DNA of 64,000 nucleotides from Obrimoposthia wandeli. Lineage: Eukaryota. Under the pieces are notes generated by a model that searched no databases, was not told where the DNA came from, and worked only from the letters and a program-made list of their open reading frames with translations. Positions 30,056 to 42,748 of the stretch are shown in pieces (positions within the stretch are counted from its first letter, which is position 1; each line of letters begins with the position of its first letter). The position numbers were made by a program, and so were the translations under genes. Location: positions 1,860,001 to 1,924,000 of the forward strand of contig CDROCS010000506.1 in the NCBI GenBank assembly GCA_977020255.1. Direction: 5' to 3'.

Positions 30056-30147
30056 AATTTTTCGAGTCTTACGAATCATCTGCTCTGATTTAAGACATAG
30101 TCTTAAATCATATCTACTTAGACTAAATCTAAATAAACAGTAATTGG

Positions 30148-30266
30148 CGCTTGGCGATGCCCTACTCTCACATGGGGAAGCCCCACACTACCATCGGCGT
30201 TATTACGTTTCACTACTGAGTTCGGAATGGAATCAGGTGGTACCGCAACACTATGGTCACCAAGCA
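30148..30266 (-). rRNA. rrf: 5S rRNA (proximal copy)
   Basis: Same 5S core, TGCTTGGTGACC...CCAAGCG. Ends approximate. Confidence 0.95.
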
Positions 30267-30398
30267 AATCTGGTTTGCTTTCTATAGAAGTTTTCACTTC
30301 GTTTTAATCTGAAAAGCTATAAATAAAGAAGTCTTTAAAACATAAAGTGTTCAATCTATTCTTAAGTCGATATTTCAATTAATCATACTTTAATTTGT

Positions 30399-30535
30399 AT
30401 GGTTAAGCCTCACGGGTAATTAGTACAAGTTAGCTCAATGCCTCACAGCACTTACACACCTTGCCTATCAACGTTGTAGTCTCCAACGGCCCTTTAGGGA
30501 GCTTAAAGCTCCAGTGAGAACTCATCTCGAGGCCT

Positions 30536-30566
<31 letters not shown>

Positions 30567-30735
30567 AGTTCCGAACTTAGCTACCGGGCAATGCTATTGG
30601 CATAACAACCCGAACACCAGTGGTTCGTCCACTCCGGTCCTCTCGTACTAGGAGCAGCTCCTCTCAATTCTCAAACGCCCACGGCAGATAGGGACCGAAC
30701 TGTCTCACGACGTTCTAAACCCAGCTCGCGTACCA

Positions 30736-30768
<33 letters not shown>

Positions 30769-30770
30769 AA

Positions 30771-30813
<43 letters not shown>

Positions 30814-30842
30814 ACCGCCGTCGATATGAACTCTTGGGCGGT

Positions 30843-30898
<56 letters not shown>

Positions 30899-31019
30899 AG
30901 AACCACCGGATCACTAAGACCTACTTTCGTACCTGCTCGACGTGTCTGTCTCGCAGTTAAGCTGGCTTATGCCTTTGCACTAACCACATGATGTCCAACC
31001 ATGTTTAGCCAACCTTCGT

Positions 31020-31062
<43 letters not shown>

Positions 31063-31321
31063 ACCCACCAGACACTGTCCGCAATCCCGATAAAGGGACC
31101 TACGTTAGAACATCAAACGTACAAGGGTGGTATTTCAAGGTAGACTCCACATCATCTAGCGACAATGTTTCACAGTCTCCCACCTATCCTACACATGTAG
31201 GTTCAATGTTCAGTGCCAAGCTATAGTAAAGGTTCACGGGGTCTTTCCGTCTAGCCGCGGGTACACTGCATCTTAACAGCGATTTCAATTTCACTGAGTC
31301 TCGGGTGGAGACAGCGTGGCC

Positions 31322-31419
<98 letters not shown>

Positions 31420-33299
31420 CATGAGCTTCGACCTAAGTCTAACCCAATCAATTAACCTTCCGGCACCGGGCAGGCGTCACACCGTATACGTCATCTTTCG
31501 ATTTTGCACAGTGCTGTGTTTTTAATAAACAGTTGCAGCCACCATTTCTCTGCGACCAACAATAGCTTACGGAGCAAGTCCTTCACCATCATTGGCGTAC
31601 CTTCTCCCGAAGTTACGGTACCATTTTGCCTAGTTCCTTCACCCGAGTTCTCTCAAGCGCCTTAGTATTCTCTACCTAACCACCTGTGTCGGTTTGGGGT
31701 ACGATTCTCTCATATCTGAAGCTTAGAGGTTTTTCCTGGAAGCCGGGTATCAACTACTTCATCTCCGTGGAGACTCGTCATCAGTTCTCAGCATTCTCAC
31801 TAAAGAGAGCGACCCGGATTTGCCTAAGTCACTTGCCTACTACCTTAAACATGGACAACCATCGCCATGCTAGCCTAACCTTCTCCGTCACCCCATCGCA
31901 ATATAAGCGAGTACTGGAATATTAACCAGTTTCCCATCGACTACGCCTTTCGGCCTCGCCTTAGAGTCGACTCACCCTGCCCCGATTAACGTTGGACAGG
32001 AACCCTTGGTCTTTCGGCGTGGAGGTTTTCACCCCCATTATCGTTACTCATGTCAACATTCGCACTTCTGATACCTCCAGCAAGCTTCTCAACTCACCTT
32101 CAACGGCTTACAGAACGCTCCTCTACCATGCAAAGAACAAGTCTTTGCATCCGTAGCTTCGGTGGTATGTTTAGCCCCGTTAAATCTTCCGCGCAGACCG
32201 ACTCGACCAGTGAGCTATTACGCTTTCTTTAAAAGATGGCTGCTTCTAAGCCAACTTCCTGGCTGTCTGAGCCTTTCCACATCGTTTCCCACTTAACATA
32301 CACTTTGGGACCTTAGCTGACGGTCTGGGTTGTTTCCCTTTCCACGACGGACGTTAGCACCCGCCGTGTGTCTCCCGCGATTGAACTTATTGGTATTCGG
32401 AGTTTGCAAAGGGTTGGTAAGTCGGGATGACCCCTAGCCTTAACAGTGCTCTACCCCCAATAGTTAGACGCGAGGCGCTACCTAAATAGCTTTCGAGGAG
32501 AACCAGCTATCTCCCGGTTTGATTGGCCTTTCACCCCCAGCCACAAGTCATCCGCTAATTTTTCAACATTAGTCGGTTCGGTCCTCCAGTTGATGTTACT
32601 CAACCTTCAACCTGCCCATGGCTAGATCACCGGGTTTCGGGTCTAATCCCAGCAACTATTCGCGCAGTTAACACTCGGTTTCCCTACGGCTCCGCTATTC
32701 GCTTAACCTTGCTACTGAAATTAAGTCGTTGACCCATTATACAAAAGGTACGCAGTCACAGAACAAGTCTGCTCCCACTGCTTGTACGTATACGGTTTCA
32801 GGTTCTATTTCACTCCCCTCACAGGGGTTCTTTTCGCCTTTCCCTCACGGTACTGGTTCACTATCGGTCAGTCAGTAGTATTTAGCCTTGGAAGATGGTC
32901 CTCCCATATTCAAACAGCATATCACGTGTGCCGTCCTACTCGATTTCACAGTAAGGTCGTTTTCATGTACGGGACTATCACCCTGTATCGTGAAACTTTC
33001 CAGATTCTTCCATTAACTTCCAAACTGCTTAAGGGCTAGACCCCGTTCGCTCGCCGCTACTAAGGGTATCTCTATTGATTTCTTTTCCTCGGGGTACTTA
33101 GATGTTTCAGTTCTCCCGGTTCGCTTCGTTAAGCTATGTATTCACTTAACGATACCTTACTTAGTAAGGTGGGTTCCCCCATTCGGAAATCTGTGGATTA
33201 ACGCTTTTTATCAACTCCCCACAGCTTAACGCAGATTAACACGTCCTTCATCGCCTCTGACTGCCTAGGCATCCACCGTATACGCTTAGTCACTTAACC
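30399..33299 (-). rRNA. rrl: 23S rRNA
   Basis: 5' GGTTAAGTGACTAAGCGTATACGGTGGATGCC, sarcin-ricin loop AGTACGAGAGGACCG, 3' GGCTTAACC; about 2.9 kb, no intervening sequence evident. Confidence 0.98.
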
Positions 33300-33524
33300 A
33301 TACAATCTAAAGTAGACCGTACAATTGAAATAACTAGGTATTATCTAGTTTTTTTCGCCTCAAGAATACTCAAGAACACTTCATTGTTATTACCGAAGTA
33401 ATAACGTGTTTTAAGAACTTCTTTATTTATTCAGCTTTCCAAATTTTTAAAGAGCATTTGCTAAAAAGCAAAAATAAGTAATCTTATCAGATTGTTTATT
33501 TTTGTTTTCTAACTAAAAGTAAAG

Positions 33525-33600
33525 TGGTATCCCGTACGAGATTTGAACTCGTGTTACCGCCGTGAAAGGGCGGTGTCCTAGGCCTCTAGACGAACGGGAC
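33525..33600 (-). tRNA. tRNA-Glu (TTC) in the 16S-23S spacer
   Basis: GTCCCGTTCGTCTAGAGGCCTAGGACACCGCCCTTTCACGGCGG...TTCAAAT...ACCA, 76 nt cloverleaf with encoded CCA. Confidence 0.97.
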
Positions 33601-33703
33601 ACAGTTTACTTTCACGATTGGATTTCATCCCAATCGTTGTTAGTCTTCAACGTTTCTATTCAAGCAATTTGTGTGGGCACTTACAAAAATTAACAACTTT
33701 ACG

Positions 33704-33824
33704 TAAGGAGGTGATCCAGCCCCAGGTTCCCCTAGGGCTACCTTGTTACGACTTCACCCCAGTCATGAACCACACCGTGGTCATCGCCCTCCCGAAGGTT
33801 AAGCTAATGACTTCTGGTGCAGCC

Positions 33825-33878
<54 letters not shown>

Positions 33879-34036
33879 GACATTCTGATTCACGATTACT
33901 AGCGATTCCGACTTCATGGGGTCGAGTTGCAGACCCCAATCCGGACTACGACGCACTTTATGGGATTCGCTTACCATCGCTGGTTTGCAGCCCTTTGTAT
34001 GCGCCATTGTAGCACGTGTGTAGCCCTACTCGTAAG

Positions 34037-34089
<53 letters not shown>

Positions 34090-34129
34090 CTCCTTAGAGT
34101 TCCCACCATTACGTGCTGGCAAATAAGGA

Positions 34130-34165
<36 letters not shown>

Positions 34166-34171
34166 TTCACA

Positions 34172-34203
<32 letters not shown>

Positions 34204-34259
34204 CTCACAGTTCCCGAAGGCACTGAGGTATCTCTACCAGATTCTGTGGATGTCAAGAG

Positions 34260-34330
<71 letters not shown>

Positions 34331-34436
34331 ATTTGAGTTTTAACCTTGCGGCCGTACTCCCCAGGCGGTCTACTTAATGCGTTAGCTTAAGAGCCCAGTT
34401 CGCAAGGAACCAAACTCCGAGTAGACATCGTTTACG

Positions 34437-34470
<34 letters not shown>

Positions 34471-34693
34471 ACCCACGCTTTCGCATCTGAGCGTCAGTTA
34501 CTTGCCAGGTGGCCGCCTTCGCCACTGGTATTCCTTCAGATCTCTACGCATTTCACCGCTACACCTGAAATTCTACCACCCTCTCAAGAACTCTAGTTTG
34601 CCAGTTCGAAATGCAGTTCCCAGGTTGAGCCCGGGGCTTTCACATCTCGCTTAACAAACCGCCTGCATGCGCTTTACGCCCAGTAATTCCGAT

Positions 34694-34749
<56 letters not shown>

Positions 34750-34876
34750 CTTCTGCGAGTAACGTCACAGTAACAACGTATTAATCGTTACCTTTCCTCC
34801 TCGCTGAAAGTACTTTACAACCCGAAGGCCTTCTTCATACACGCGGTATGGCTGCATCAGGCTTTCGCCCATTGTG

Positions 34877-34959
<83 letters not shown>

Positions 34960-35247
34960 GGGATCGTCGCCTTGGTGAGCTCTTACCTCACCAACAAGCT
35001 AATCCCACTTGGGCTCATCTAGTCGCGAGAGCTTTCAAGAAGAGGCCCCCTTTCACCCGTAGGTCGTATGCGGTATTAGCAGTCGTTTCCAACTGTTGTC
35101 CCCCTCGACTAGGCAGATTCCCAAGCATTACTCACCCGTCCGCCGCTCGACGCCAGAATAGCAAGCTATTCTTCGTTTCCGCTCGACTTGCATGTGTTAA
35201 GCCTACCGCCAGCGTTCAATCTGAGCCATGATCAAACTCTTCAATTA
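33704..35247 (-). rRNA. rrs: 16S rRNA
   Basis: AGAGTTTGATCATGGCTCAG (27F), GTGCCAGCAGCCGCGGTAA (515F), 3' anti-SD CCTCCTTA. Confidence 0.99.
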
Positions 35248-35441
35248 AAAGTTTTTTGACTAACCCAATCTACAAGTAGATTCAATTAAGTCGGCTCAAT
35301 GAATTCTGTACTTCAACAACAAACCGAAGTTTGTTGTTTATAAAACCAAATCTTTCGATTTAATTTAATGTTCACAATTACATTGATATAATATTTGGTC
35401 ATTATATCTCTGCAAGTGCTCACACAGATTGCTTGAATAAA

Positions 35442-35454
35442 TTGTTAAAGAGCA
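35442..35454 (-). promoter_or_regulatory. rrn leader BoxA antitermination element
   Basis: TGCTCTTTAACAA on the minus strand. A variant TGCTCTTTAAAAA lies in the 16S-23S spacer near 33444-33456. Confidence 0.85.
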
Positions 35455-35488
35455 TACTGAGCGGCTGTTGCCGTGTCAGTGAGGTCGC

Positions 35489-35516
35489 ATTATAGAGATT
35501 TAGATCACATTGGCAA
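35489..35516 (-). promoter_or_regulatory. rRNA promoter (sigma70)
   Basis: TTGCCA-16 bp-TATAAT followed by a GC-rich discriminator GCGACC, with an AT-rich UP region upstream. Confidence 0.85.
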
Positions 35517-35782
35517 GCGCTAAAATTAGAAATTATTAAAAAACTTAAATTAGTACAAAAAACGAACTCAGCGTAACTTTATCAGCCTAAACCGCTTAAA
35601 AATAGCACAGAACATTATTTACAGCTAAAAATACACATCAATAGATGCCAGAAGGACTAAGTTTCTAATCGAAAGGGTAAAGGTATTGCCGTTAAGCATT
35701 GCTAAATCTAAAAACGAGGAAAATGATTCAGAATATTATAATGAGTAATTTAAGGAGATAGAAGAGCTGGGGATTTAGAAAT

Positions 35783-35812
35783 AAAAAAGCCAGAGCGTGA
35801 GCTCTGGCTTTT
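35783..35812 (-). terminator. Terminator of the alpha operon
   Basis: AAAAGCCAGAGC-tcac-GCTCTGGCTTTTTT on the minus strand, just after rplQ. Confidence 0.85.
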
Positions 35813-35826
35813 GATACTATTTAAAA

Positions 35827-36210
35827 CTATTCTTCGTCAGCAGCTTCAACAGCTGGACGATCTACTAGTTCGATGTAAGCCATAGGAGCTTTATCGCCAG
35901 TACGTAGACCACATTTTAAGATTCGAGTATAACCGCCTGGGCGGTTTTCGAAACGTGGGCCTAATTCTTTAAATAGTTTACCTACAACTTCATCGCTGCG
36001 GGTACGTGCAAATGCTAGACGACGGTTAGCTACGCTATCCGTTTTAGCAAGTGTAATTAGAGGCTCAACTACACGACGTAGTTCTTTAGCTTTAGGCAGA
36101 GTCGTTTTAATGATCTCGTGACTAACTAAAGAACATGCCATATTACGGAACATAGCCTGACGATGGCTACTGTTACGATTTAGTTGACGACCACTCTTAC
36201 GATGGCGCAT
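35827..36210 (-). CDS. rplQ: 50S ribosomal protein L17
   Basis: [24 protein letters not shown]. Confidence 0.99.
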   Translation of the reverse strand: MRHRKSGRQLNRNSSHRQAMFRNMACSLVSHEIIKTTLPKAKELRRVVEPLITLAKTDSVANRRLAFARTRSDEVVGKLFKELGPRFENRPGGYTRILKCGLRTGDKAPMAYIELVDRPAVEAADEE

Positions 36211-36250
36211 GAACTTATCCTTCTTACAAAAATCTTTTGACTAGTGTTTA

Positions 36251-37237
36251 CTATTCGTCCGAGATACTTGCTGGCGGCCAATTTTCTAGGCGCATGCCTA
36301 GAGAAAGACCACGTGACGCTAGAACATCTTTAATTTCAGTTAAAGACTTCTTACCAAGGTTAGGCGTTTTAAGTAACTCAACCTCAGTGCGCTGTACAAG
36401 ATCACCAATATAATGAATAGCTTCTGCTTTAAGGCAGTTAGCTGAACGAACAGTAAGTTCTAAATCATCAACAGGACGTAGCAGTATCGGATCGAATTCT
36501 GGCTTCTCTTCTTTCTGCTCTGGTTCCGTTACATCACGAAGATCAACGAAAGCATCAAGCTGTTCAGCCAAAATTGTAGCAGAACGACGAATAGCTTCTT
36601 CAGGATCTAATGTTCCATCAGTTTCCATATCGATTACTAACTTATCAAGGTTAGTACGTTGCTCTACACGAGCAGCTTCAACATTGTAAGCTATACGGCT
36701 TACAGGGCTGAATGCAGCATCAACAAGCAAACGACCGATAGGACGCTCTTCATCATCAGCATGTACACGTGATGAAGCAGGAACGTAACCACGTCCTTTT
36801 GCAACACGGATGCGCATACTGATATCTGCTTGACCGGTTAAATTACAAATCACATGTTCTGGATTTACAATCTCAACATCACCATCATGAGTGATGTCAC
36901 CTGCCAATACAGGACCTGTACCTGACTTAGTTAAAGTTAGTAACGCTTCGTCTTTGCCTTCAAGTTTGATTGCAAGACCTTTCAAGTTAAGAAGAATTTC
37001 AAGAACATCTTCTTGAACACCTTCTTTACTGCTGTACTCATGGAGTACGCCGTCGATCTCAACTTCTGTTACAGCACAACCTGGCATAGAAGAAAGTAGA
37101 ATACGACGTAAAGCATTACCTAGAGTGTGACCAAAGCCACGCTCTAACGGTTCAAGTGTTACCTTGGCACGTGTTGAGCTAATTTGCTCAATATCAACAA
37201 GTCTTGGTCTTAGAAATTCTGTTACAGAACCCTGCAT
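36251..37237 (-). CDS. rpoA: RNA polymerase subunit alpha
   Basis: [30 protein letters not shown], alpha-[15 protein letters not shown]. Confidence 0.99.
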   Translation of the reverse strand: MQGSVTEFLRPRLVDIEQISSTRAKVTLEPLERGFGHTLGNALRRILLSSMPGCAVTEVEIDGVLHEYSSKEGVQEDVLEILLNLKGLAIKLEGKDEALLTLTKSGTGPVLAGDITHDGDVEIVNPEHVICNLTGQADISMRIRVAKGRGYVPASSRVHADDEERPIGRLLVDAAFSPVSRIAYNVEAARVEQRTNLDKLVIDMETDGTLDPEEAIRRSATILAEQLDAFVDLRDVTEPEQKEEKPEFDPILLRPVDDLELTVRSANCLKAEAIHYIGDLVQRTEVELLKTPNLGKKSLTEIKDVLASRGLSLGMRLENWPPASISDE

Positions 37238-37263
37238 GTATGTCCTCTCTTATGAAGTTAACT

Positions 37264-37884
37264 TTACTTAGAGTAAAGTTCAACAATAAGCTGTTCGTTG
37301 ATGTCTGCAGACAGATCAGAACGCTCAGGAACACGTTTGAAAACGCCTTCAAGTGTCTTACTGTCAACTTCAACCCAAGATGCTTTCTCACGCTGCTCTG
37401 AAATTTCTAGAGCTGAAGCGATACGAGCTTGCTTCTTAGCCTTCTCGCGAATGCTAACTGTATCGTTAACTTTCACTTTGTAAGAAGGGATATTTACAAC
37501 TTTACCGTTTACAACGATTGCTTTGTGGCTTACTAACTGGCGCGATTCCGCACGAGTAGAACCAAAGCCCATACGATAAACAACGTTATCTAGACGGCCT
37601 TCTAATAAAGCAAGTAGGTTTTCACCTGTGTTGCCTTTTAGACGAGCAGATTCTTTATATAAGTTACGGAATTGCTTTTCAAGTACACCGTACATACGAC
37701 GAACTTTTTGCTTTTCACGTAGTTGTAAACCGTAGTCAGATAGACGAGGTTTACGAGCACCATGTACACCAGGTGCGTTATCAATTTTACACTTAGATTC
37801 AATCGCGCGTACGCCACTTTTCAAGAAAAGATCTGTACCTTCACGACGACTAAGCTTGAGCTTTGGGCCCAAATATCTAGCCAT
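37264..37884 (-). CDS. rpsD: 30S ribosomal protein S4
   Basis: [19 protein letters not shown]. Confidence 0.99.
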   Translation of the reverse strand: MARYLGPKLKLSRREGTDLFLKSGVRAIESKCKIDNAPGVHGARKPRLSDYGLQLREKQKVRRMYGVLEKQFRNLYKESARLKGNTGENLLALLEGRLDNVVYRMGFGSTRAESRQLVSHKAIVVNGKVVNIPSYKVKVNDTVSIREKAKKQARIASALEISEQREKASWVEVDSKTLEGVFKRVPERSDLSADINEQLIVELYSK

Positions 37885-37911
37885 GTTCTTTCTCCAATAT
37901 TCCTAAAAGCG

Positions 37912-38301
37912 TTATACGCGACGCTTTTTAGGTGGACGACAACCATTGTGAGGGATTGGTGTAACATCAGTGATGTTAGTAATTTTATAACCAATCGAAT
38001 TCAATGCACGAATAGAAGATTCACGACCAGGACCAGGGCCCTTAACCATAACTTCTAAATTTTTCAGACCGTACTCTTTAGCCATTTCACCAGCACGCTC
38101 AGCAGCAACCTGCGCAGCGAATGGAGTTGACTTACGAGAACCACGGAAGCCTGAGCCGCCTGCAGTTGCCCAAGATAAAGCATTACCTTGGCGATCTGTG
38201 ATTGTCACAATAGTGTTGTTGAAAGAAGCATGAACGTGTGCAATACCGTCAGCAACTTGCTTTTTAACGCGCTTACGAGCGCGAGTTGGGGTTTTAGCCA
38301 T
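37912..38301 (-). CDS. rpsK: 30S ribosomal protein S11
   Basis: [22 protein letters not shown]. Confidence 0.99.
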   Translation of the reverse strand: MAKTPTRARKRVKKQVADGIAHVHASFNNTIVTITDRQGNALSWATAGGSGFRGSRKSTPFAAQVAAERAGEMAKEYGLKNLEVMVKGPGPGRESSIRALNSIGYKITNITDVTPIPHNGCRPPKKRRV

Positions 38302-38314
38302 TACTCGTCAGCTC

Positions 38315-38671
38315 CTATTTCTTGATAGCTTTACGCGGACCTTTACGGGTGCGCGCATTTGTTTTAGTGCGTTGACCACGTAGAGGTAAGCTGCGACGGT
38401 GACGAATACCACGGTAACAACCGAGGTCCATCAATCGCTTGATATTCATACTTACTTCACGACGTAGGTCACCTTCAACAGTGTATTTACCTACTTCTTC
38501 GCGAAGAAGTTCTAGTTGAGCTTCTTCTAGCTCTCTGATCTTAGCTGTTTCAGCGATACCAGTTGCTACACAAATTGCTTTCGCACGTGTTGCGCCGATA
38601 CCGAAAACACCAGTCAGGGCAATGACTGTATGCTTTTGATCAGGAATGTTAATGCCGGCTATACGGGCCAC
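38315..38671 (-). CDS. rpsM: 30S ribosomal protein S13
   Basis: [13 protein letters not shown] start. Confidence 0.99.
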   Translation of the reverse strand: MARIAGINIPDQKHTVIALTGVFGIGATRAKAICVATGIAETAKIRELEEAQLELLREEVGKYTVEGDLRREVSMNIKRLMDLGCYRGIRHRRSLPLRGQRTKTNARTRKGPRKAIKK

Positions 38672-38728
38672 TATACCACTCCACTTAGGGTGTTAAAAAA
38701 AAAGATTGCTCTCTTCGAAAAGCCCGTA

Positions 38729-38757
38729 AGGATACTCAGAAGAGAGATATATTGCAA
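38729..38757 (-). promoter_or_regulatory. Alpha operon promoter, followed by the S4-binding pseudoknot leader
   Basis: TTGCAA-17 bp-TATCCT. Leader CGGGC can pair with GCCCG at the rpsM start, as in E. coli. Confidence 0.65.
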
Positions 38758-38805
38758 TAGAAACTTGAAAAAGATTTGAAATCTAATCCAAGTTTCTAAT
38801 ATTGC

Positions 38806-38919
38806 TTAACCTTGGCGTTGTTTATGCTTTGGTTCAACACAGATTACGCGTACTACACCGTGACGTTTGATCACTTTGCAATTACGACAAATCTTTTTAA
38901 CAGATGCACGAACTTTCAT
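38806..38919 (-). CDS. rpmJ: 50S ribosomal protein L36 (zinc-binding form)
   Basis: Below the ORF-track cutoff. Hand translation [37 protein letters not shown]. Confidence 0.98.
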   Translation of the reverse strand: MKVRASVKKICRNCKVIKRHGVVRVICVEPKHKQRQG

Positions 38920-38968
38920 TTCTTACTCCGTAACTGTTATAGGACATGCTCAAACTAATTTAATGGCC

Positions 38969-40285
38969 TTAGCCTTTTAAATTAGCTTTCTTAAGTACAT
39001 CACCATATTGATGAGACATCAAATGGGTTTGAACTTGAGCCATAAAGTCCATGATTACCACAACCATAATAAGTAATGACGTTCCACCGAAATAGAACTG
39101 CACACCCATAGCTTGTGTCATGAACAATGGTACTAGACAAATGAATGTAATATACAAAGAACCCGCTAGAGTTAGTCGTGACATTACTTTATCTATATAC
39201 CTTGAAGTTTGTTCGCCTGGTCTAATACCTGGGATGAACGCCCCGCTCTTCTTCAAATTATCTGCTGTTTCGCGTGGGTTAAATACCAACGCTGTATAGA
39301 AGAAACAGAAGAAGATAATTGCTGCTGCATAAAGCATTACATACAAAGGTTGTCCTGGCTGTAGAGCCAAGGAAATGTCAGTAAGGAAAGATAAACCTTC
39401 GTTCTGACCGAACCATTGTGCAAGCGTTCCAGGAAACAAAATTATACTCGAAGCAAAAATAGCTGGAATAACACCGGCCATATTAAGCTTCAACGGTAAA
39501 TGCGTGCTTTGAGCTGCAAAAACACGTCGTCCTTGTTGGCGTTTAGCGTAGTTTACCACAATTCTACGCTGACCGCGCTCTACAAATACAACAAAATATG
39601 TAACAGCAAAAACAACACCAGCTAACACTAACAATAACAGACCGTGAAGGTTACCATCGATAACCTGTTCGACTGTTTGTCCGATAGCTGGCGGCATACC
39701 AGCAACAATACCTGCAAAAATTAATATTGAGATACCATTACCAATACCGCGTTCGGTAATTTGTTCACCTAACCACATTAAGAACATAGTACCAGTTACT
39801 AAACTCACTACAGCAGTAAAGTAAAAACTTAACCCTGGATTATGGACAAGTCCATCAACCATGTTAGGTAAGCCTTTAGCAATACCAATAGCTTGAAAAG
39901 TACCTAAGAACAATGTTCCGTAACGGGTATACTGGCTAATTTTACGTCGTCCTGCATCGCCGTCTTTTTTCAATTCGGCAAGTGTAGGATTAACTACAGT
40001 TAATAACTGTATGATAATAGAGGCCGAAATATACGGCATAATACCCAACGCAAAAATAGACGCTCGCTCAAGCGCACCACCAGAGAACATGTTAAACATT
40101 TCTAAGATGGTACCCTTTTGCGAATCAAACAGCGTAGCAAGTACAGAGGCATCAATACCAGGAATCGGAACAAAAGAGCCTGCGCGGAATACAATAATTG
40201 CACCCAACACGAACCATAAACGACTTTTCAATTCTGATAAGCCACCTTGCGATTTATTCGTATCCAATCCTGGTTTTTTAGCCAT
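38969..40285 (-). CDS. secY: Preprotein translocase subunit SecY
   Basis: [38 protein letters not shown]. Confidence 0.99.
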   Translation of the reverse strand: MAKKPGLDTNKSQGGLSELKSRLWFVLGAIIVFRAGSFVPIPGIDASVLATLFDSQKGTILEMFNMFSGGALERASIFALGIMPYISASIIIQLLTVVNPTLAELKKDGDAGRRKISQYTRYGTLFLGTFQAIGIAKGLPNMVDGLVHNPGLSFYFTAVVSLVTGTMFLMWLGEQITERGIGNGISILIFAGIVAGMPPAIGQTVEQVIDGNLHGLLLLVLAGVVFAVTYFVVFVERGQRRIVVNYAKRQQGRRVFAAQSTHLPLKLNMAGVIPAIFASSIILFPGTLAQWFGQNEGLSFLTDISLALQPGQPLYVMLYAAAIIFFCFFYTALVFNPRETADNLKKSGAFIPGIRPGEQTSRYIDKVMSRLTLAGSLYITFICLVPLFMTQAMGVQFYFGGTSLLIMVVVIMDFMAQVQTHLMSHQYGDVLKKANLKG

Positions 40286-40290
40286 TTGTA

Positions 40291-40725
40291 CTATCCTTCG
40301 ATTTGACCGCCTGCAGCAACAATCGCTTCAACAGCACCTTTCGTAGCTTTAATGCCACGAATTGTAACTGGTCGAGTGATTTCACCAGATAAAACAACTT
40401 TAACAAACAGGATGTTTTTAGTAACAAGTCCTGCTGCTTTAAGTGTGTTTAGATCTACAACGTCGCCTTCAACTTTAGCGATTTCATTCAAACGTACTTC
40501 AGCTGTTACCAGTTGCTTACGTGAAGTGAAACCAAATTTTGGTAAACGTTGTTTCAAAGGCATTTGACCGCCTTCAAAGCCAGGACGAATGCCGCCGCCT
40601 GAGCGAGACTTCTGACCTTTGTGACCACGGCCACAAGTTTTGCCGTGACCAGAACCGATACCGCGACCAACACGTTTAGCGTTAGGCTTAGAACCAGCAG
40701 CTGGAGATAGAGTATTTAAAAACAT
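40291..40725 (-). CDS. rplO: 50S ribosomal protein L15
   Basis: [26 protein letters not shown]. Confidence 0.99.
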   Translation of the reverse strand: MFLNTLSPAAGSKPNAKRVGRGIGSGHGKTCGRGHKGQKSRSGGGIRPGFEGGQMPLKQRLPKFGFTSRKQLVTAEVRLNEIAKVEGDVVDLNTLKAAGLVTKNILFVKVVLSGEITRPVTIRGIKATKGAVEAIVAAGGQIEG

Positions 40726-40904
40726 TACGCTTCCTCCACTTTGATCATGTAAGCTACTTTGTTAACCATACCACGTACACATGCTGTATCTTCCAATACT
40801 ACACTGTGGTTGATTTTACGAAGGCCTAAACCAACAAGTGTAGCGCGATGTTTAGGTAAACGACCGATTCCACTTTTAGTTTGAGTTACTTTAATTTTAG
40901 CCAT
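40725..40904 (-). CDS. rpmD: 50S ribosomal protein L30
   Basis: Below the ORF-track cutoff. Hand translation [59 protein letters not shown]. Confidence 0.98.
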   Translation of the reverse strand: MAKIKVTQTKSGIGRLPKHRATLVGLGLRKINHSVVLEDTACVRGMVNKVAYMIKVEEA

Positions 40905-40910
40905 GGTTTA

Positions 40911-41411
40911 TTACCCCAGAATTGCTTTAACAGGTAGACCACGTTTAGCAGCGATTTGTTCTGGTGATGACATACCAGTAAGCGCGCCAATTGTAGCTCG
41001 TACAACGTTAATTGGGTTAGTAGAACCGTAACATTTAGAAAGTACGTCATGGATACCAACAACTTCTAGTACTGCACGCATTGCACCACCGGCAATGATA
41101 CCTGTACCAGCTGATGCTGGACGCATGAATACTTTAGAACCAGAATGACGACCCTTAACTGGATGTTGAAGAGTCACACCATTTAGTTCAATGCTTACGA
41201 TATTGCGTTTCGCTTTTTCCATTGCTTTTTGAATAGCAGCTGGAACTTCACGTGCTTTACCATAACCAAAACCAACGCGGCCTGCACCATCACCCACTAC
41301 TGTTAGAGCAGTGAAGCTAAAGATACGACCACCTTTAACAACTTTTGAAACACGGTTAACTGCAATTAATTTCTCTTGCAGATCACCTGTTTGGTTTTCA
41401 ACTTTTGACAT
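40911..41411 (-). CDS. rpsE: 30S ribosomal protein S5
   Basis: [19 protein letters not shown]. Confidence 0.99.
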   Translation of the reverse strand: MSKVENQTGDLQEKLIAVNRVSKVVKGGRIFSFTALTVVGDGAGRVGFGYGKAREVPAAIQKAMEKAKRNIVSIELNGVTLQHPVKGRHSGSKVFMRPASAGTGIIAGGAMRAVLEVVGIHDVLSKCYGSTNPINVVRATIGALTGMSSPEQIAAKRGLPVKAILG

Positions 41412-41425
41412 TTCCTACTCCTGCC

Positions 41426-41776
41426 TTAAAACTGAAGGCCAGCTTCACGAGCGGCATCAGCTAATGCTGCAACACGACCGTGATATTGGAAACCTGAACG
41501 ATCGAAAGCAATTTTAGTAACGCCTTTTTCGATAGCTCGCTCAGCAACCAGTTTCCCGATTACTTTAGCTGCTTCAACGTTACCGCCATAGCTGATCATT
41601 TCACGAACTGCTTTTTCTGTCGTTGTAGCAGAAACCAATACTTCCGCATTCGGTGTAATAACCTGTGCATAAGTATGGCTTGGAGTGCGGTTAATCACTA
41701 AACGTGTAGCACCCAATTCTTGCATTTTCTTACGTGCGCGAGTTGCGCGACGAAGACGTGCAGATTTCTTATCCAT
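41426..41776 (-). CDS. rplR: 50S ribosomal protein L18
   Basis: [23 protein letters not shown]. Confidence 0.99.
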   Translation of the reverse strand: MDKKSARLRRATRARKKMQELGATRLVINRTPSHTYAQVITPNAEVLVSATTTEKAVREMISYGGNVEAAKVIGKLVAERAIEKGVTKIAFDRSGFQYHGRVAALADAAREAGLQF

Positions 41777-41785
41777 AGTATTACC

Positions 41786-42319
41786 CTACTTTTTCTTGGC
41801 TTCTTTACGACGCACAACTTCATCAGAATAACGAACACCTTTACCTTTATAAGGTTCAGGCGGACGGAAGGCTCTGATATCAGCTGCAACTTGACCAACA
41901 GATTGTTTGTCAGCGCCAGTAATTACAATTTCAGTTTGGCTTGGGCAAACTGCAGTAATACCTTCTGGAAGGTTATAAACTACAGGGTGTGAGAAACCTA
42001 ATGTTAGATTCACATCTGAACCTTTAACATTTGCACGGTAACCAACACCATTTAGTTGAAGAGTTTTAGTAAAACCTTCAGCTACACCTTTAACCATGTT
42101 GTTAACATTAGCACGAGCTGTACCAGCTTGTGCCCAAGCATCTTTTACGCCTTCAGCAGGACCAAAAGAAGCTTTTTCATCAGCGATTGAAATAACAACG
42201 CCAACGTTAGCAACAGAAGTTAAAGAACCCTTAGGACCTTTAACAGTGATTTCCTGACCATTTAGAGAGATCTCTACGCCTGCAGGGATGGCAACTGGTG
42301 CTTTAGCAACACGAGACAT
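41786..42319 (-). CDS. rplF: 50S ribosomal protein L6
   Basis: True start MSRVAKAPV at 42319; [13 protein letters not shown]. Confidence 0.99.
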   Translation of the reverse strand: MSRVAKAPVAIPAGVEISLNGQEITVKGPKGSLTSVANVGVVISIADEKASFGPAEGVKDAWAQAGTARANVNNMVKGVAEGFTKTLQLNGVGYRANVKGSDVNLTLGFSHPVVYNLPEGITAVCPSQTEIVITGADKQSVGQVAADIRAFRPPEPYKGKGVRYSDEVVRRKEAKKK

Positions 42320-42329
42320 ATTTAACCCC

Positions 42330-42722
42330 TTAAGAAACGTAGCAAATGATCTCGCCGCCGATACCAGCTTTGCGAGCTGCACGGTCAGACATCATGCCTT
42401 TAGAAGTAGAAACGATAGCAACACCTAAGCCACCCATCACTTTAGGAAGATCATTACTTCCCTTGTAGATGCGTAAACCTGGGCGACTAACGCGCTCAAT
42501 TTTTTCAATTACGTTTTTGCCTTCGAAATACTTCAAAGTCACTTCAAGTTCAGCTTTCACTTCACCTGAAACAGCGTAACTATTAATGTAACCTTCTTCT
42601 TTAAGCACAGCTGCTAATGCAACTTTTTGCTTAGAACAAGGCATTTTAACTGCAACCTTAGAGGCTGACTGACCGTTACGGATGCGTGTTAGCATATCCG
42701 CAATAGGATCTTGCATGCTCAT
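42330..42722 (-). CDS. rpsH: 30S ribosomal protein S8
   Basis: [16 protein letters not shown]. Confidence 0.99.
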   Translation of the reverse strand: MSMQDPIADMLTRIRNGQSASKVAVKMPCSKQKVALAAVLKEEGYINSYAVSGEVKAELEVTLKYFEGKNVIEKIERVSRPGLRIYKGSNDLPKVMGGLGVAIVSTSKGMMSDRAARKAGIGGEIICYVS

Positions 42723-42748
42723 TATCGTATACTCCCGAAATTAGTGAT

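Noticed and set aside
33525-33600. tRNA-Glu has a G1-U72 wobble and A73, unlike E. coli
   Set aside because: I recall similar acceptor ends in related marine gammaproteobacteria, and the cloverleaf is intact, so it is probably ordinary.
31686-35231. ORFs of 60-99 aa listed inside the 23S and 16S genes
   Set aside because: They overlap rRNA genes and show no protein motifs; chance ORFs.
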